NCBI RefSeq assembly: GCF_035084215.1
Contig: NC_090328.1
Span: 74,896,001-74,960,000 of the forward strand
Length of the DNA stretch: 64,000 bases
Direction: 5' to 3'
Origin: Heptranchias perlo
Lineage: Eukaryota
Numbering within the stretch: position 1 is the stretch's first letter; each line of letters starts with the position of its first letter. Both the position numbers and the translations under genes were made by a program. Shown here in pieces: positions 37,223-50,713 of the stretch. The notes beneath the pieces were generated by a model. That model was not told the origin of the DNA and made no database searches. It worked only from the letters and a program-made list of their open reading frames with translations.

Positions 37223-37356
37223 CTTTCTCTGACTCCAATTCTGTTCTGTTGTCATCTTGTTCTTGATTGTCCACGTGGAAGACATTTTTTTTAAATAACT
37301 TTGTGTCACTAATCACACAGGCTTGTTTTCGAGTCCAGGTCTGATTTATTGAATGC
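37223..37356 (-). CDS. KIF27: KIF27 coding exon (134 bp)
   Basis: attag|GCATTC acceptor and AAAG|gtacat donor. Encodes (R)HSINQTWTRKQ...ELESEK. Phase 2-1 fits both neighbouring exons. Confidence 0.82.
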
Positions 37357-38539
37357 CTAATATAGGGGAAAATATCTTTACAATTTGATTTCAAAATAAA
37401 ATTATCAGTATCTACCACAAGCATAATTTTATCTTACGAACATTCTGACACAATAAGCTGCAAGTAAATAATCAAACTGATTCATACCACACCAGATTTA
37501 GAGAGATATGTAGAGTACAGAAAGAGCATGTGCCTTGCTTTATAGTGGCCATCTAATGCCAAACCTTGATTTGTTTGATGAGGGGGAGGTCAAAGGAAGA
37601 GAGACTATAAAGGAGTCCTCTTTTTGATTTACATCCGATTCAAATATTTCCCCCTCTATCTATCTTGAAGTTCTCATTTAAACTTGTTGATCTTTTTCTA
37701 GCCCCTTTGTAATAGTTACTACTGCTATCACCAACCTAAAAGTATACAGTCAAACATGCCACTCAGCTTCTTGCCCCAATACTGCAACATTTTCTTTTGG
37801 AGGAATGACAACGTTGAATTCAAATATGCAGTGTAAAGTTGAATTAGTTTCTAGGATTGGAGTAAATCCACTATATTGAACTGGAATACAAAAAAAACCC
37901 GTGGTGTTTGGGTACCTGCAGGCACAAAAAAATGTGCTCTCTGGCTAATATCTTAGAGGGGGAAAATGTGCTCATCTTCCTTTAGTTTTTCTGGTACTTA
38001 TAATGTAACCACATTTTCGGATGGTGGAGCGGGTGCATTGGGGGTGGGGGGGCTCCTAAAGTTGTGGAAATCCGGAGTGGGTACGGAGCCTGGCTCCAAC
38101 CCGCTGACTTCTGGGGTCACCAGTGACACTTTCAGGTGCGTGCGCGCCTCCCGAAAGCGGGAGTCCCACCGGCAATTAAAGCCGGCAGGATGATAATTTA
38201 CATACTTTTACACATAGGTAAAGTACTCGAGATACCTGATTGAGTAGACATTTTGGCAGGGGTGCAATTTTGAAGGACCCCCAGCATGTTTCCCATGCTG
38301 TGGGAAACACTCCCTGTTGCAACAGATGTGTTTCAGCCAGCAGCCAGTGGGAGATGCAAATAATTATTTGACAAGGGGGAAGAAAACCTCATTTATTGCA
38401 GCAGGGCACTCTGTCACTTCAGACAAAGTTTTGGCTGCAAGACCTTTGTGCTTTCACTCAAAATTGATACTTTCCACCAAAAACATGCGCAAACATATTT
38501 ACCTACTTTGCGGACCCCTCAAACTCACACCGTCAGGAT

Positions 38540-39708
38540 TGTGGGGGGGTGGGGGGCGGCATTCATCACTTCATCCGAGGACGAGCAACATCACCAGCCT
38601 TGACAGGCATGACGTCCACCTCCACCACGTGGAGCTCCACAACACAGTGCTGTACCTCAGGCACCTGCACAAGAGCACAGAGGGCAACAACAAAGAGAGC
38701 GGTGTTGCAGGAGGCACTACCCTCGCAACAGGGTCTACACACTGAGGCCCAGCTTCCTGGACCTCTTTGTCAGTCACCAGGTAGTCGCAGACATCTGCAG
38801 CCTCCTTCATGCCGAGCTGCTCCCGGCTGGGCTGAGCAGCATCTCCTTACCTGTCGCTGTCAAAGTCGCTGCCCTCAACTTCTTTGCCTCCAGATCATTC
38901 CAGGGTACCACTGGGGACAACGTCGGGGTCTCTCAGTTGTCTGCACACAAGTGCATAAGGCAGGTCACAGATGGCTTGTTTCGCAGGGCTTCGCACTACG
39001 TCAACTTCCCCACGGACGACCTCAGCCAGATGGAGAGGGCAGTGGAATTCCAGGGCTGTGGCTGGCTTCCCACAGGTGCAGGGTATAATCAATTGCACCC
39101 ATATAGCAATACGAGCACCTCCACATGAGCCAGGACTGTTCATCAACAGGAAGGGCTATCACTCCATCAACACTCGGCTTGTTTGTGACCACCGCAAGAG
39201 ATTCTTTCACGTGTGCGCCAGGTACCCTGGCAGCTGCCACGATTCCTTCATCCTCTGGGAGTTCAACATGCCGCCCCTATTCCATGCACCGAACACCCGC
39301 AAGGGCTAGCTCCTCGGGGACAAGGGATAACCCCTACACACGTGGCTCATGACCCCTCTGAGGAACCCCACCACCGAGCAACAGCGTCGATATATCAACA
39401 GCCACATCACTACCAGTTCTATAATTGAGCATGCTATAGGGCTGCTCAAGATGCGCTTCAGATGCCTTGGTCGTTCTGAGGGACCGCTTCAATACATACC
39501 AGACAGGGTGGGACGCATTATAGTCATGTGTTGAGCCCTGCATAACTTGACACAACAGAGAGGGGTGGCGCTTGAGGAGGCCCCATCCACATCTACCACC
39601 CAAATTGAGGAGGAGGAGGAGGAGGAAGAGCAACCCATGGGCAGAACAGCGGCTCGCCTGGCTGCTCGTGAGGCCAGGGAGTCACTGATATGTGAACGGT
39701 TCTCCTAA
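38540..39708 (+). pseudogene. Harbinger (HARBI1-like DDE) transposase, disrupted
   Basis: LNFFAS..FQ, GFPQVQGIINCTHIAI, NRKGYHSIN, YPGSCHDSFIL, LLGDKG and IEHAIGLLKMRFRCL. Contains internal stops and frameshifts. Confidence 0.92.
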
Positions 39709-40040
39709 CATCAGACAGTGTGAAGAATCCAATCCTCACCACCTGGCTAGAGCAGCGGCAACACAGCTTCCACACCCCCACCCCCCCACCCCCCGACTTC
39801 CCTGCACAGAACAGTCCTGCAACTACACATACACCTACTGTACAGTGACCCAATGGGTGGCATCAAATGTGGGCGTTCATGGTGAACCTCATGAAAGGGT
39901 CTTATTACAGAAGCCAGTCGAGCATGGCCAAGATGTGGCAGTAGTTATGACAATAATAATATTTAATGAGTTTAACAAAAAGCAAATATAAATAAAAAAC
40001 ATGACAAATCGTCAAACACCCTTGTGCATCCCCTTTGTGC

Positions 40041-41849
40041 TTACAAAATCTTCACCTTTCGCTTCCGACTACTTCTACGTGGTGCATCCCCTGTGGCTGC
40101 AGCAGAGGTAGTGGCAGGTTGCTTTTGTTCATGCCTTGACCGGTTAGATGCTTTGGGCCCATGGCCTCTGGGTTTCAGTGCCTGTGAGGGCCCCTCCAAA
40201 GACTGCTCTATCTGCACCAGTGCAGGGGCAGACTCGGCCACCTGGAGAGGAGGCAGCATTGCGGGTACTGGTTGAGAGGAGGGCAACGGGTGAGACGTGG
40301 GGCACTTTGAGTGGCGTCCCCACTTCCATGTCCCCTTTCGCCATCATCCCTTCCCTAGGCCAGGCCCACACCACTCCTACCACTCTGCTGGACGACAGTT
40401 TGGAGGACATGTGTGAAGCCTTGTAAGGCCAGTGCTAGTGTATCTGCCTGCCTGTTTGTGAGCCGTGCTTGAAGCTCCATGGAGGCTAGCCATCCCTCCA
40501 TCGCAGACATTCCCGCACTTACCCTCGACATTATCTCAGAGATACCCTCACGTCCCTGTGACGCTATCTTAGAGATGCCCTCCCTTACCTGTGCCACCAT
40601 TCCACTCATGCAGGAGTTGGACTCCTTCATCCTCTGCGCGATTGTGGAGCGTGCGCATGACACCTGTTCCAGCACCTCGCAAATGTGCTGCTGCCCCTCG
40701 ATCATTCTCCTTTTAATGGATGGCCCTCAGGGTTCAGCATTTGTGTCCAGCTGAGCAGAGCCTGGAGAGGAGTGCTCCCACCGACACGGACTCTCCACAG
40801 CTGCCCCTGCCACCAGTGTCTGCTCGTGCTCATGTGTGTGGTAACTCACCATGTGCAACCCCAACTAACTGCGGACAGGGACTCACCGAGGTGTGCGTAT
40901 CTGCGCTGGTGGATGGCTCGCTCAGATGTGATGATGCACCCTCAGAGGCCGGCAGGTCCTCTGAGGAATCGCCCTCCGCCATCACAGAAGTTGCTGAAGG
41001 CCCTGTAAAAGAACAGAAGGCAATATTAAGCATGATCACATGTTGAGGTGCTGAAGATGGCAAGGCATGTTAACATCAATTCATATTGTGTGTGCTGAAC
41101 GTTAAAGCTCTGTCACCAGACATTTGTCGGGTGCCAGTCTTGGCGTCCCCGACGGACAGGCACGCGAGGGTATGGCTCAGCTCCAGCGCCTCCTGCTCCA
41201 CGTCTGTGAGCACGACTATCTGTTGCGGCCCCCCTCCAGTCCTTGCCCTCTCTCATACATTCTGGGCTCTCTTCTCCTATGAGGGGAGAAAGTACAGACA
41301 CATGAGTGAGTGATGGTTATGTGGTCAACCGATGAATGCATTGGTTTGGGTGCGGCTGACTGTGAAAGAGATGCATCAGAGGGTGAGTATGAGACAGAGC
41401 CATGACATTGTAGGAGGATTGGATTGAGTGGTAGTGGTGGGGTGAGTAATGGGGAGGTGAGGAAGTGCAGGTAAATTGAGGATGAGTTTTGAGTGGGTGT
41501 GGGGAGTGATGTGATGGAGTAGTGTCGGCAGTGCAGAATGAGTTGGAGGGTGGGGGTGGTGATGTGGAAGATGGAATGTAGGAGAATGAGTAAGTGTACT
41601 CACTTTGGCTGACCTAGTTAGGTCATTGAAGCACTTCCTGCACTGGATCCAGGTGCGGGAGATGTTACTGCTGCTGGTGAGCTCCTCTGCCACCTCGAGC
41701 CAGGCCTTCTTGGTGACAGAGGCAGGTTACTTCCTCCCGTCCGCTGGGCAGGACACATCCCTCCTCCTCCTTCTCCTCACCCCATGCAGTAGCACCTAGA
41801 ATGAGGCATCACTGAATCTAGGAGAAGACTTTCCCCTGGGTATCTCCAT
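40041..41849 (-). pseudogene. Harbinger Myb/SANT-like DNA-binding gene, three exons (41849-41604, 41276-41117, 41002-40041), disrupted
   Basis: MEIPRGKSSPRFSD...KKAWLEVAEEL...RTWIQCRKCFNDLTRSAK|gtgagt. GT-AG junctions are visible. Basic C-terminus RRSSRKRKVKIL. Confidence 0.82.
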
Positions 41850-42190
41850 TGTTCTATTTGGGTGTTTGCTCCAAGAGCAGCCATTGGAGGACTGCCCCTT
41901 TAAATAGAGCTCCTCCAGCTGACAGCCTGTGATGCAGGTGCGCAGTCCGCCTGCTGTGCAGGTTTCGGACGCCAAACCCGGAAGCCACATTAAGTGGCTC
42001 CAATTTACCCGCGATTGCGTGGGGAACGGACAGATTTTATTGGGCGGGTTACCCACGCACCTAATTGCCCCCCCCCGCTGCCATCCCGCCTCCCCGCTAA
42101 TATCGGGGCCTATTAGTCAAACTAAAACCATGTACAAAAAGGATGTTATAACATCTTAATTGGGAAGTTAATAGCTCATATTTTTCCTAC

Positions 42191-42369
42191 CTGGAAGCCT
42201 GTGCTTTTGTGTATTCTTTCTTTTCTTCTTCCTCATCATCACTATCATCAGTTAATTTATGACGAAGGACCTCATCATGCTCTTCAAGATGTCCCACTAA
42301 CATCTGACTGCGTGTTCGAAAACCTGCCACCACCCTATCAAGGGCATATGAAGGGGGGCTTGTGTGCAC
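42191..42369 (-). CDS. KIF27: KIF27 coding exon (179 bp)
   Basis: tacag|GTGCAC acceptor and CCAG|gtagga donor. Encodes VHTSPPSYALDRVVAGFRTRSQMLVGHLEEHDEVL, a segment I recognise as KIF27-specific. Phase 0-2. Confidence 0.95.
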
Positions 42370-42723
42370 CTGTACAGCAATAGCAAGTGTTCTTCAGTTA
42401 CACACCTTTGCAGATTCTAATGCCTCATTATGATGCAGATCCTACTGCCTTATATGCCTATAAAGAGTTGTGTGTGTCAGGTCCTAAATAGAAGGTTTAT
42501 TATTGCATTATTGGTGTTAATGAACAAACAATATTATATTGAAATGGAAATTTTAAAAAACAGATATATAGGACATACACCTGAGCGAAGGTGATTTTTA
42601 TGAGCTGTGTTTTATTTAGTGAATTCACAGCAACTCCAATCTTTAGTGTTGGCAGGATGCACAATGATAGCACTGAACAATATAGCACTAAAGTACCAGT
42701 ATGGTACTTGGACTTGGACTCTC

Positions 42724-43861
42724 TGGGGAAGAAATTTCACGTTGTTGCACCTGATGACGAATTTAGCAGTGAGATGGCAGGATCTGCTCGTGGGCCACTG
42801 CTAAATTCGCCAGGGCCTTTTTTTTAGGTGGCACATTGATATACGAACGTACAAACATGCGAATTAAGAGCAGAAGTAGGCCATTCGGCCCCTCGAACCT
42901 GCTTGGCCATTTGATAAGATCATGGCTGATCTGATTGTGGCCTAACCTTACTTTTCCATCTACCTACTATAACCTTTGACTCCCTTGTTAATCAGGAATC
43001 TATCGAACTCAGCCTTAAAAATATTCAATGACCCTGCCTCCACCGCTGTCCGGGGAAGGGAGTTCACAGACTCACGACTCTCAGAGGAAAATTGGGAGAC
43101 CCCTTATTTTTAAACTGTGGCCCCTAGTTCTAGTCTCTCCCACAAGGGGAAACATCCTCTCAGCATCTACCCCTTCTAGTCCCCTCAGGATCTTATATGT
43201 TTCAATAAGATCACCTCTCATTCTTCTAAACTCCAGTGTATACAGGCCCAACTTGTCCAACCTTCCCTCATTAGATAACCCCCTCATCCCAGGAATCAGT
43301 CGAGTGAACCTTCTCTGAACTGCCTCTAAAGCAATTATGTCCTTTTTTAAATACGACTAAAACTGCACACAGTATTCTAGATGTGGTCTCACCAATGCCC
43401 TGTACAACTGTAGCAAAACATCTCTACTTTTATATTCCACAAGAGGGTCCTGCGCCCGTTCCAGGACCAGTTTGTGAAATTTGTTAGGGCTGACGCCACG
43501 AATGCTCCAACTATTTTTTACAGTTTTACAGTAGCCTAACCAGCAGTTCTTAAAGGGACAGCTGGAGGCCAGGGAAAAAAAGACTTACCTTTATGTGAAG
43601 CCGGAGGAGCAGAAGTTCTCTTTCTGGCTCCAAAGCACAACTGCGGGTTGCTGCCAAATTGTGATCACACCCCCTCCCTTTCTCCTCAACCCCCCTCAAG
43701 AATTACCTGCCAGCAAGGTAACCAGCCCATATTCTATCTAGTTACACAGGCATGCTGCCTCTGGAGGCACAAGAGGCGCCGGCAGCTTTTGAGCATCGAG
43801 CATCTTTGTTCAGGTGCGTGCTGGAAGCGCACCGTCAGTTATGCGCCCAAATTTTTATCCC
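42724..43861. mobile_element. Probable MITE split by a CR1 3' fragment
   Basis: Ends GGGGAAGAAATTT and AAATTTTTATCCC. Internal gccggaggagcag core like the other MITEs. Confidence 0.5.
42845..43440 (-). mobile_element. CR1 LINE 3' fragment
   Basis: ORF 43081-43287 contains LEFRRMRGDLIETYKIL...TRGHSLKI. Confidence 0.9.
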
Positions 43862-44343
43862 TCTGGATCTACTTATGCATCGTAACACTTTATTTGCTTT
43901 GTTTAGTCAGCTATCAAACTTCAGTCTTTTCCCTGATATCTTACCTTTCATTTTCCTATTCATATTTACAACATTTTTAGAATCATTAGCAACTACAAGT
44001 TATGTTTGAGCAGGAAGTGCTGAGGACATCAGAGGAACTGATTTAGAGGAGACACAGATCCACCAGTGTACGGGTACCTGAATTAGCCAAAAGTGGAAAT
44101 GATGAGGTTTGAAGCACCCACTACAGTACAGTAAACTTTATATAGCAATGTTAATTTCACTCCCTTGCACCGTCAAGCTGATCACTTGTCTAAACTAGTT
44201 TATCTATAAGCTCTTTTCACCTATTAAAGTAAAAATACTCAAAACAAAATTAGTGGACAGAGAGATAAAAAAATCAAAAGAATATTGAACATTTTTTAAA
44301 CATTCTTTTTAAAGGATTGAAAAACAATGATGCAAAAATTCCA

Positions 44344-44915
44344 GGGCAGATTTTAACTTGGGCCATCCAGTGAAAACTGGGCGATAGTGGTCCGAAAATG
44401 GCTCACTGCCCTGTTTACACCAGTGCTTCAACGGCCACCATCCTGCAAGGGGCCAGCACAATATCGGGAGGCCTGGAGACCGACCTACCTGCAGGAAGGT
44501 AGGTAGGCAGGCCCTATTAATATGTAAATTGGGTCCTATGACGTGCATAGGATACTCCGATACCAATTTTGATTATAACTGGGCGGAGTGTGCGCCTTGA
44601 CGTGTCACCTTGCTTTACCAGGCTATACAGCAGAAAAAACACCAAAAAAGGTTTAAATTATTTTTGTGGGACCATGAGGAGCAGGATTTCTCCTGCAGGC
44701 TCCACAAGAATAAGGTGGGCCGCTGCCGCCCCATGCTCTACCCACCCGCACGAACAACCCCCCTCCCAATATTGTGCCAGCTAGTGCATGTCAGCTGCAG
44801 TGGGACTCACAGTTCACTGGCAGCATGGTAATGAGGCACGGCCCTCAAAACGTACCGGACGTCCTGCTTGCGGTGCGCACCAACAGGCTGCTGATAGTTC
44901 ACATCTATCTTTAAA
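44344..44915. mobile_element. Probable MITE of the same superfamily, right end unclear
   Basis: Left end GGGCAGATTTTAAC and internal ttgtgggacc..gaggagcagg core. Confidence 0.45.
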
Positions 44916-44924
44916 AACATGGAT

Positions 44925-45097
44925 GGAGGTAATTTTCACTTTCGGCAGGGGTGGTAAACTGGCAGTAGCAGATCAGTCTTTCGTTATACACCCTGCCCAA
45001 TATTTCTTTCTATTGAAGTCAATGGAAAGAAAAATCAGGCAGGACATATAATGAGCGACTGATTCGCAACCACCAGTGCCGAGTGAAAATGACCCCC
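44925..45097. mobile_element. Short palindromic MITE (about 170 bp)
   Basis: GGAGGTAATTTTCACT / AGTGAAAATGACCCCC ends. Central palindrome tttctttctattga..tcaatggaaagaaa. Confidence 0.7.
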
Positions 45098-45176
45098 AAA
45101 CTCTTGGTATTCAGGTGAGATACACATACGAGGTTTAATCATATGGAAATGCCATTTTTTTTCAATAAGCACATAC

Positions 45177-45401
45177 CTTTCTGGAGCCTGTGCCAGGAGC
45201 AGTTTGACTGGACTGTATTATACTGAAAGACTTAAGATGGATATTAGATAATGGCACACTGTGAGGTCGTCTTGCTGTAGTCACAGCTAAAGCTGCTCCT
45301 TCCAAATCTCTGCTGTGAATTGAAAACTTGTCAGGTTTAAGGACCTGCAGTTCTTCCTGGAGTTGATCAATAATAAGTTGTTGTTCAACCATTTTATCAT
45401 T
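45177..45401 (-). CDS. KIF27: KIF27 coding exon (225 bp)
   Basis: tacag|AATGAT acceptor and AAG|gtatgt donor. Encodes NDKMVEQQLIIDQLQEEL...ARRPHSVPL...GSRK. Phase 0-0. Confidence 0.92.
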
Positions 45402-45639
45402 CTGTAAATATGAAATTAAAAAGAAAAACAGTTTTAAAAAAAGCCAATTCATTGGCTGTGAAGCATTTTGGGATGTACTATTGGTGAGAAAGGTGCTATA
45501 CAAATGCAAGTTCTTTCTTTCTTTCCCTAAATTGTTTGTAAAACATGATTTGTGCCAGCTTCAGGTACAGTGTTCAGAATATGGTGACACATTTCAACAC
45601 AATTTGCATCATTTGTTTTTGGGAATGGCAAAGATGGAA

Positions 45640-45862
45640 CCAGTGGTTAGAATGTGGAACTCGCTACGACAAGGAGTGGTTGAGGTGACTAGCATAGATG
45701 CATTTAAGGGGAAACTAGATAAACACAATCAGGGAGCAAGGAATAGAAGTTCATGCTGATAGAGCTAGATGAAGAGGGTAGGTGGAGGCTTGGGTGGAGC
45801 ATAAACATCGGCGTGGCCTAGTAGGGCCCAATGGCCCGTTTCTGTGCTGTACATTCTATGTA
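45640..45862 (+). mobile_element. CR1 3' tail fragment
   Basis: VVRMWNSL...FKGKLD followed by the 3' UTR ggcccgtttctgtgctgtac. Confidence 0.75.
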
Positions 45863-47220
45863 ATTTTGTGATAAACTGTTCGGAGGGCAGCCACTGGGGC
45901 AAGGATGCGAGGTTAAGCAGCAAAAACACCAATGGCCAGCTTATAGGGATTAGTCTCCCAAAATCCGAATTAAAATGGTGCCAATATAAAAGCAGTTTTT
46001 CATTCCTTCACTATGGGCTGTATTCAAAAACAGGTCTCAGAGATGGAAAGAGTATTTAACCCACTAATTAACTCTTGCTGAAAGTTACTGATTTAATGCA
46101 AACAATGTTGCAACAAAATTCATCTTCAAAAACTGTGATCGGCAATAAGCATCAATAAATATTTTCTCCATTTTTTTCCTAGTTATGGTACACTCAACTT
46201 ACAGCAGATGCACTTTACCTGGACAAGTGGGTAAATCAGATAAAGGGCCACGTCTACCAAAACCATAGGCAGTAACAAGCAGATCTTTTTATTTGGTTAA
46301 TATTGAAGGGTAATTGTTTTTCCATAAAAACATTGTGCATGATCAGGGCTTTTGTACTTGTTTTTCTTGACCTTATGGTATTTGGGAGGGGAAGGGGGTA
46401 AAGAGTGCCATGCAGCCTTTAGTCAGCCCTCCTAATATTGGCCATTTTTAAAAATTATAGCTCTGTGAAGTGCCTCGGGGTGGTTTTCTACCATAAATGC
46501 TGTTGTTGTAGCTGTTGTAGTAGTAATAATAAGTTAGGTTACAAAGAAAAACATCTAGCAGATAATGGTCAGTTGAGGAATGAGCCTACAGCTTAAACAT
46601 CACTTTATTTCTGCAGCTTTTGATCAATATTTTTAATAAAATGTTGCTCATTTAATCAGGGAAATGTAATAATTATTCAATATTGAAGTATTGGAGTTAT
46701 TAGATTGATCCAAGTTTTATTTGGTTATGAGGTGGGTCTAAGTGAGTTTCTTTTTGGGCAGTGTTCAGACAAAGATGATTTTGGCAGATATTTCTCCAGT
46801 AAATGGCAATCACAGCCTGTTTTTGGCTACAATCAAGGGTTCACAGAGTCAGGAGTCTGAAATTCCCAAAAGTCAAATCGTGCTTCCTATACCTTAATAT
46901 CTTATGGAACACAAAAAGCTAAAAAAGTCAAAGAGCACAAAGACCATTTTCTAATTAAATCTGTTATCCTCCCAGTTCAAAGTTACCCAGCACTTACCAA
47001 CTGTGCACACAGCAAAAACGATACAACAGTTTGTAGTAGGCAAAACAGTACTGGATCAGTTAAGTCTGTTATAAATGGGTTGCATTGTATAATTACTTAG
47101 TAATCAGTTATCTTTATTAATTTTATAAGTCCTGCATTTACCCGTTCTAATCCTCTCAAAGTTAACTTGGAAATACAATACTGAGTGCTTATTCATTTGG
47201 GGAAAAGTGGTGCTTACAAT

Positions 47221-47754
47221 GAGGGTAATTTTAAGACCCCAGGGCAGATGCGGGAGGAGGCGGGTGGGGATTAAAAAATTTTTAAAAATGGGAAATCCAA
47301 CCCTAATCCGCCCACTGCCTGTTTTAATGGAGATGGGTCAGGGTGCGGGCAACCAACCCACTTTCAGGAGGCGGGTCGGTCACTAAAATATTTTAAGGAG
47401 GCTGCGTGCCTCCATTTTAACTTAAGTTTTATTTTTAACACCTGCAGGCCGGGATCCATGAGGTAAGTGCCTTTATTGCACTGTTTGTGGGTCAGGAGGA
47501 GAGGAGTGGTTCCTCCCGGCACACCAAGCTTACCTTTTAAACACCTCACAATGGGACCCCCGCGATCGGCCGACCTCCTACCACCTCCCCCACGATGTTC
47601 GACACCCCCACCCCCCGCGATGTCCGAATGCCCTCACCAGCCCCCCCCCCCGCCCGATGATCCCGAACACTCCCCGACCCCCGCAATCCAAACACTGAAG
47701 ATCCCGATTGCTCCCTGGCTGCTTTCCCACCCGACAGGCCCAATTTCACCCCCC
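47221..47754. mobile_element. Harbinger-type MITE of the same family
   Basis: Left end GAGGGTAATTTTAAG, right end AATTTCACCCCCC. Left half aligns with 20746-21080. Confidence 0.7.
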
Positions 47755-48175
47755 AAGACTTTGAGGGAGAGTTTCACTTTCAGGGTCATAAAATCTTTGG
47801 AAAGGGAAGGAAAACAAGAAGGAATCACATATTTTACTAAGTGGCAACTTGGCTCAGTTGGTAACACTTCAACATTGCTGTCAAATCTCTGTGTGGTTGA
47901 CACACTTAAACAGAGAATATCCCTTCCTCAGTCCAATGTTGTCTTGCTGCCTCATGACTTTGCAAAGGCTGGCTAACTTGTTTTCTAGGGGAGGTCCAAG
48001 AAAAAAATATCATTTAAGCTTCTGGTTGGAAGCCCAAAGCCCTAGTGCTGGACCTATCAAACTGTTTAATGCACCTACCTTCATTTTGCCTATAACAGAA
48101 ATTATTTAGAAGCATTAAAAATAATTGATTAAATAATTTAATAATTTGATTAAAGCGTTACAGCGATAAACTCAC

Positions 48176-48319
48176 TTGAATGTGACACCTTTCTTGTGAT
48201 TCTGTTAAAGCTGCCAAATATTCCTCCTTTTCCTGCTCCAATGTCTGTATTTGCTCTAGTGAATCCTTCAGCTCAGCTGCTTTTTGACTGAATAATTCCT
48301 CATCTGTAGCCAGTGCATC
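48176..48319 (-). CDS. KIF27: KIF27 coding exon (144 bp)
   Basis: cag|GATGCA acceptor and CAA|gtgagt donor. Encodes DALATDEELFSQKAAELK...QERCHIQ (coiled coil). Phase 0-0. Confidence 0.92.
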
Positions 48320-48648
48320 CTGAGGAAAATAAACAATAAGTGTGAAAAAAACATTCACTGCAAATTTCATCTATAGCACAATGAAGAATGCACAGTGAAG
48401 CTCACCAAGATCAATTATTATTTGTCAGATAGAAAGTTGATACTGAAAAATTACATGAAAAGCTAAATTATAAAAATAATTTCCATCTCTTGTTAATGAA
48501 TCCAACTTTATTTCTATTTTGCCTGGACCAAACAGTGACAAGAATATCTATAGGATGTTACTTGCCACTTGGTTTAGTTTTATTTACTTATGAAATTAAC
48601 TTAAATTGATTTTTCAACTTGCTAAAAAGTATAACTTGAACTATAGAT

Positions 48649-48762
48649 AGGAGGAAGCCTCCGAAAGCTTGTGAATTTCAAATAAAATTGTTGGACTATA
48701 ACTTGGTGTTGTAAAATTGTTTACAATTGTCAACCCCAGTCCATCACCGGCATCTCCACACA
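48649..48762 (+). mobile_element. Truncated copy of the Penelope-like element at 11085-11268
   Basis: aggaggaagcctccgaaagcttg...ggcatctccaca matches that element. TATAGAT lies on both flanks. Confidence 0.8.
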
Positions 48763-48861
48763 TATAGATGGAGGAAATGAATCATAAAAAAGGCATAAAG
48801 TATTACTTTGGTATCAATGGGGAGTTAGATGGGACAGAGGGGAAGAAAAGGGAAGACATTA

Positions 48862-49400
48862 AATAAAACAAAAGCAATACACTGCAGATGCTGGAAACGT
48901 GAAATAAAAAACAGAAAATGCTGGAAATACTGAGCAAGTCAGGCAGCGTCCAAGGAGAAAGAAACAGAGTTAACGTTTCAGGTCGACCTTTCATCAGAAC
49001 TGGAAGAAGTTAAAGATTTAACAGTTTTTAAGCAAGTAAAGAGCCAGGGAAAGTGCGAGGGTGGGGGTGGAGAGGAGGAAGAAGGGGAGGGGAGGAAAGA
49101 ACAAAAAGGGAAGGTCTGTGATAGGATGGAGGGCAGGAGTGACTAAGTGACAAAAGGGATGATGGTGCAAGGCAAGAAGTGTGGTAATGGGACAAGTAAA
49201 GAAACAAAAGATGGGTCTAGAGGAGCTGTAAATGGCAACAGCAGAACCATTACCAGTACCTGCTGTCCAAAAAAATGGGAGCAGTGGTTATGATCTGAAG
49301 TTATTGAAATCAATGTTGAGCCCAGAAGGTTGTAAAATCCCTAATTGAAAGGTGAGGTGCTGTTTCTCGAGCTTCCATTCAGTTTCATTGGAACAGTGTA
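48862..49400 (-). mobile_element. Penelope-like element 3' end (GIY-YIG C-terminus, 3' UTR and hammerhead core)
   Basis: Minus-strand translation WKLEKQHLTFQLGILQPSGLNIDFNNF*. CTGATGA..GAAACGTTAAC near 48970-48997. Confidence 0.8.
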
Positions 49401-49717
49401 ATTTTCCGGATATCTTGCTGGTGTACAGTTCCATGGACACTCATTACCTTCCGCTACCTGAGCCATTATTTATGTGTAAGCTTTGACAGTGAGTGTCAGA
49501 AAATTATTCTACCATGAGGAATGCCAGATCTTAGATGGCTCCTGTCCTCAGCTGATATCCACACATGCACACTGCCAGTCGGGTTTGCTGCATAGTGAAC
49601 AAGAGCAGGAGTCCTGCCCAATTTTTCTTTCCCCAATCCAGAGTTGCTGAGACAATTACTATTGTGTCAACTGAGATTAGCTAAGCAATCACAGACCAGA
49701 GATTCAACTAGAGACCT

Positions 49718-50560
49718 TACATAAGAACATAAGAAATAGGAGCAGGAGTAGGCCATATAACCCATTCAATGAGATCATGGCTAATCTTCAACCTCAACTC
49801 CACTTTCCTGCCCGATCCCCATATCCCTTGATTCCCCTAGAGTCCAAAAATCTATCTATCTCAGCCTTGAATATACTCAACGACTCAGCATCCACAGCTC
49901 ACTAGGGCAGAGAATTCCAAAGATTCACAACCCTCTGAGTGAAGAAATTCCTCCTCACCTCAGTCTTAAATGGCCAACCCCTTATCCTGCAATTATGCCC
50001 CTAGTTCTAGAATTTCCAGCCAGGGGAAACAACCTCTCAGCATCTACCCTGTCAAGCCCCATCACGTTTCAATGAGATCACCTCTCATTTGTCTAAACTC
50101 CAGAGCGTATTGGCCCAATCTACTCAATCTCTCCTCACAGGAATTAATCTAGTGAACCTTCGTTGCATCGCCTCTAAGGCGAGTATATCCTTCCTTAGAT
50201 AAGGAGACCAAAACTGTACGCAGTACTCCAGGTGAGGTCTCAACAAAGCCCTGTACTATTGTAGTAAGACTTCCTTACTCTTATACTCCAACCCCTGTGC
50301 GATAAAGGCCAACATGCCATTTGCTTTCCTAATTGCTTGCTGTACCTGCATGCTGTCTTTGTGTTTCTTGTACGAGGACACCCAAATCTCTCTGAACACT
50401 AACATTTAAGAAAAAATTCAGAATTTCTATTCTTCCTACCAAAGTGAATAACCTTAAATTTCCCCACATTATACTCCATCTGCCACTTTCTTGCATACTC
50501 ACTTAACCTGTCTATATCCTTTTGCAGACTCTTCGCGTCCTCCTAACAGCTTACTTTCCC
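49718..50560 (-). mobile_element. CR1 LINE 3' portion
   Basis: Tail ataagaacataagaaatagg. Homologous to 34275-35100. Confidence 0.88.
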
Positions 50561-50713
50561 AGTTTCTATGACTCAGCTATTGACCGAACCAATAGAAGAG
50601 CATGTTCAACAGATTTTTTAAGTACTCCAGCAAATATACCTTCTTTTTGTGCCTATACCTATGTATCCTATAATCTGAAGCCCATTTTAAATCAGGTATT
50701 AATCTAATCCTTT

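Larger units (their letters stand above)
38010..42110. mobile_element. PIF/Harbinger DNA transposon, two-gene, decayed
   Basis: Convergent transposase (+) and Myb/SANT (-) genes. Right end AATATCGGGGCC|TA resembles a Harbinger TIR. The left TIR is not clearly preserved. Confidence 0.88.

Noticed and set aside
38540-39708. Domesticated HARBI1 host gene
   Set aside because: It has multiple stops and frameshifts, the first catalytic Asp reads Asn (IINCTH), and it lies beside a Myb/SANT partner inside a transposon.
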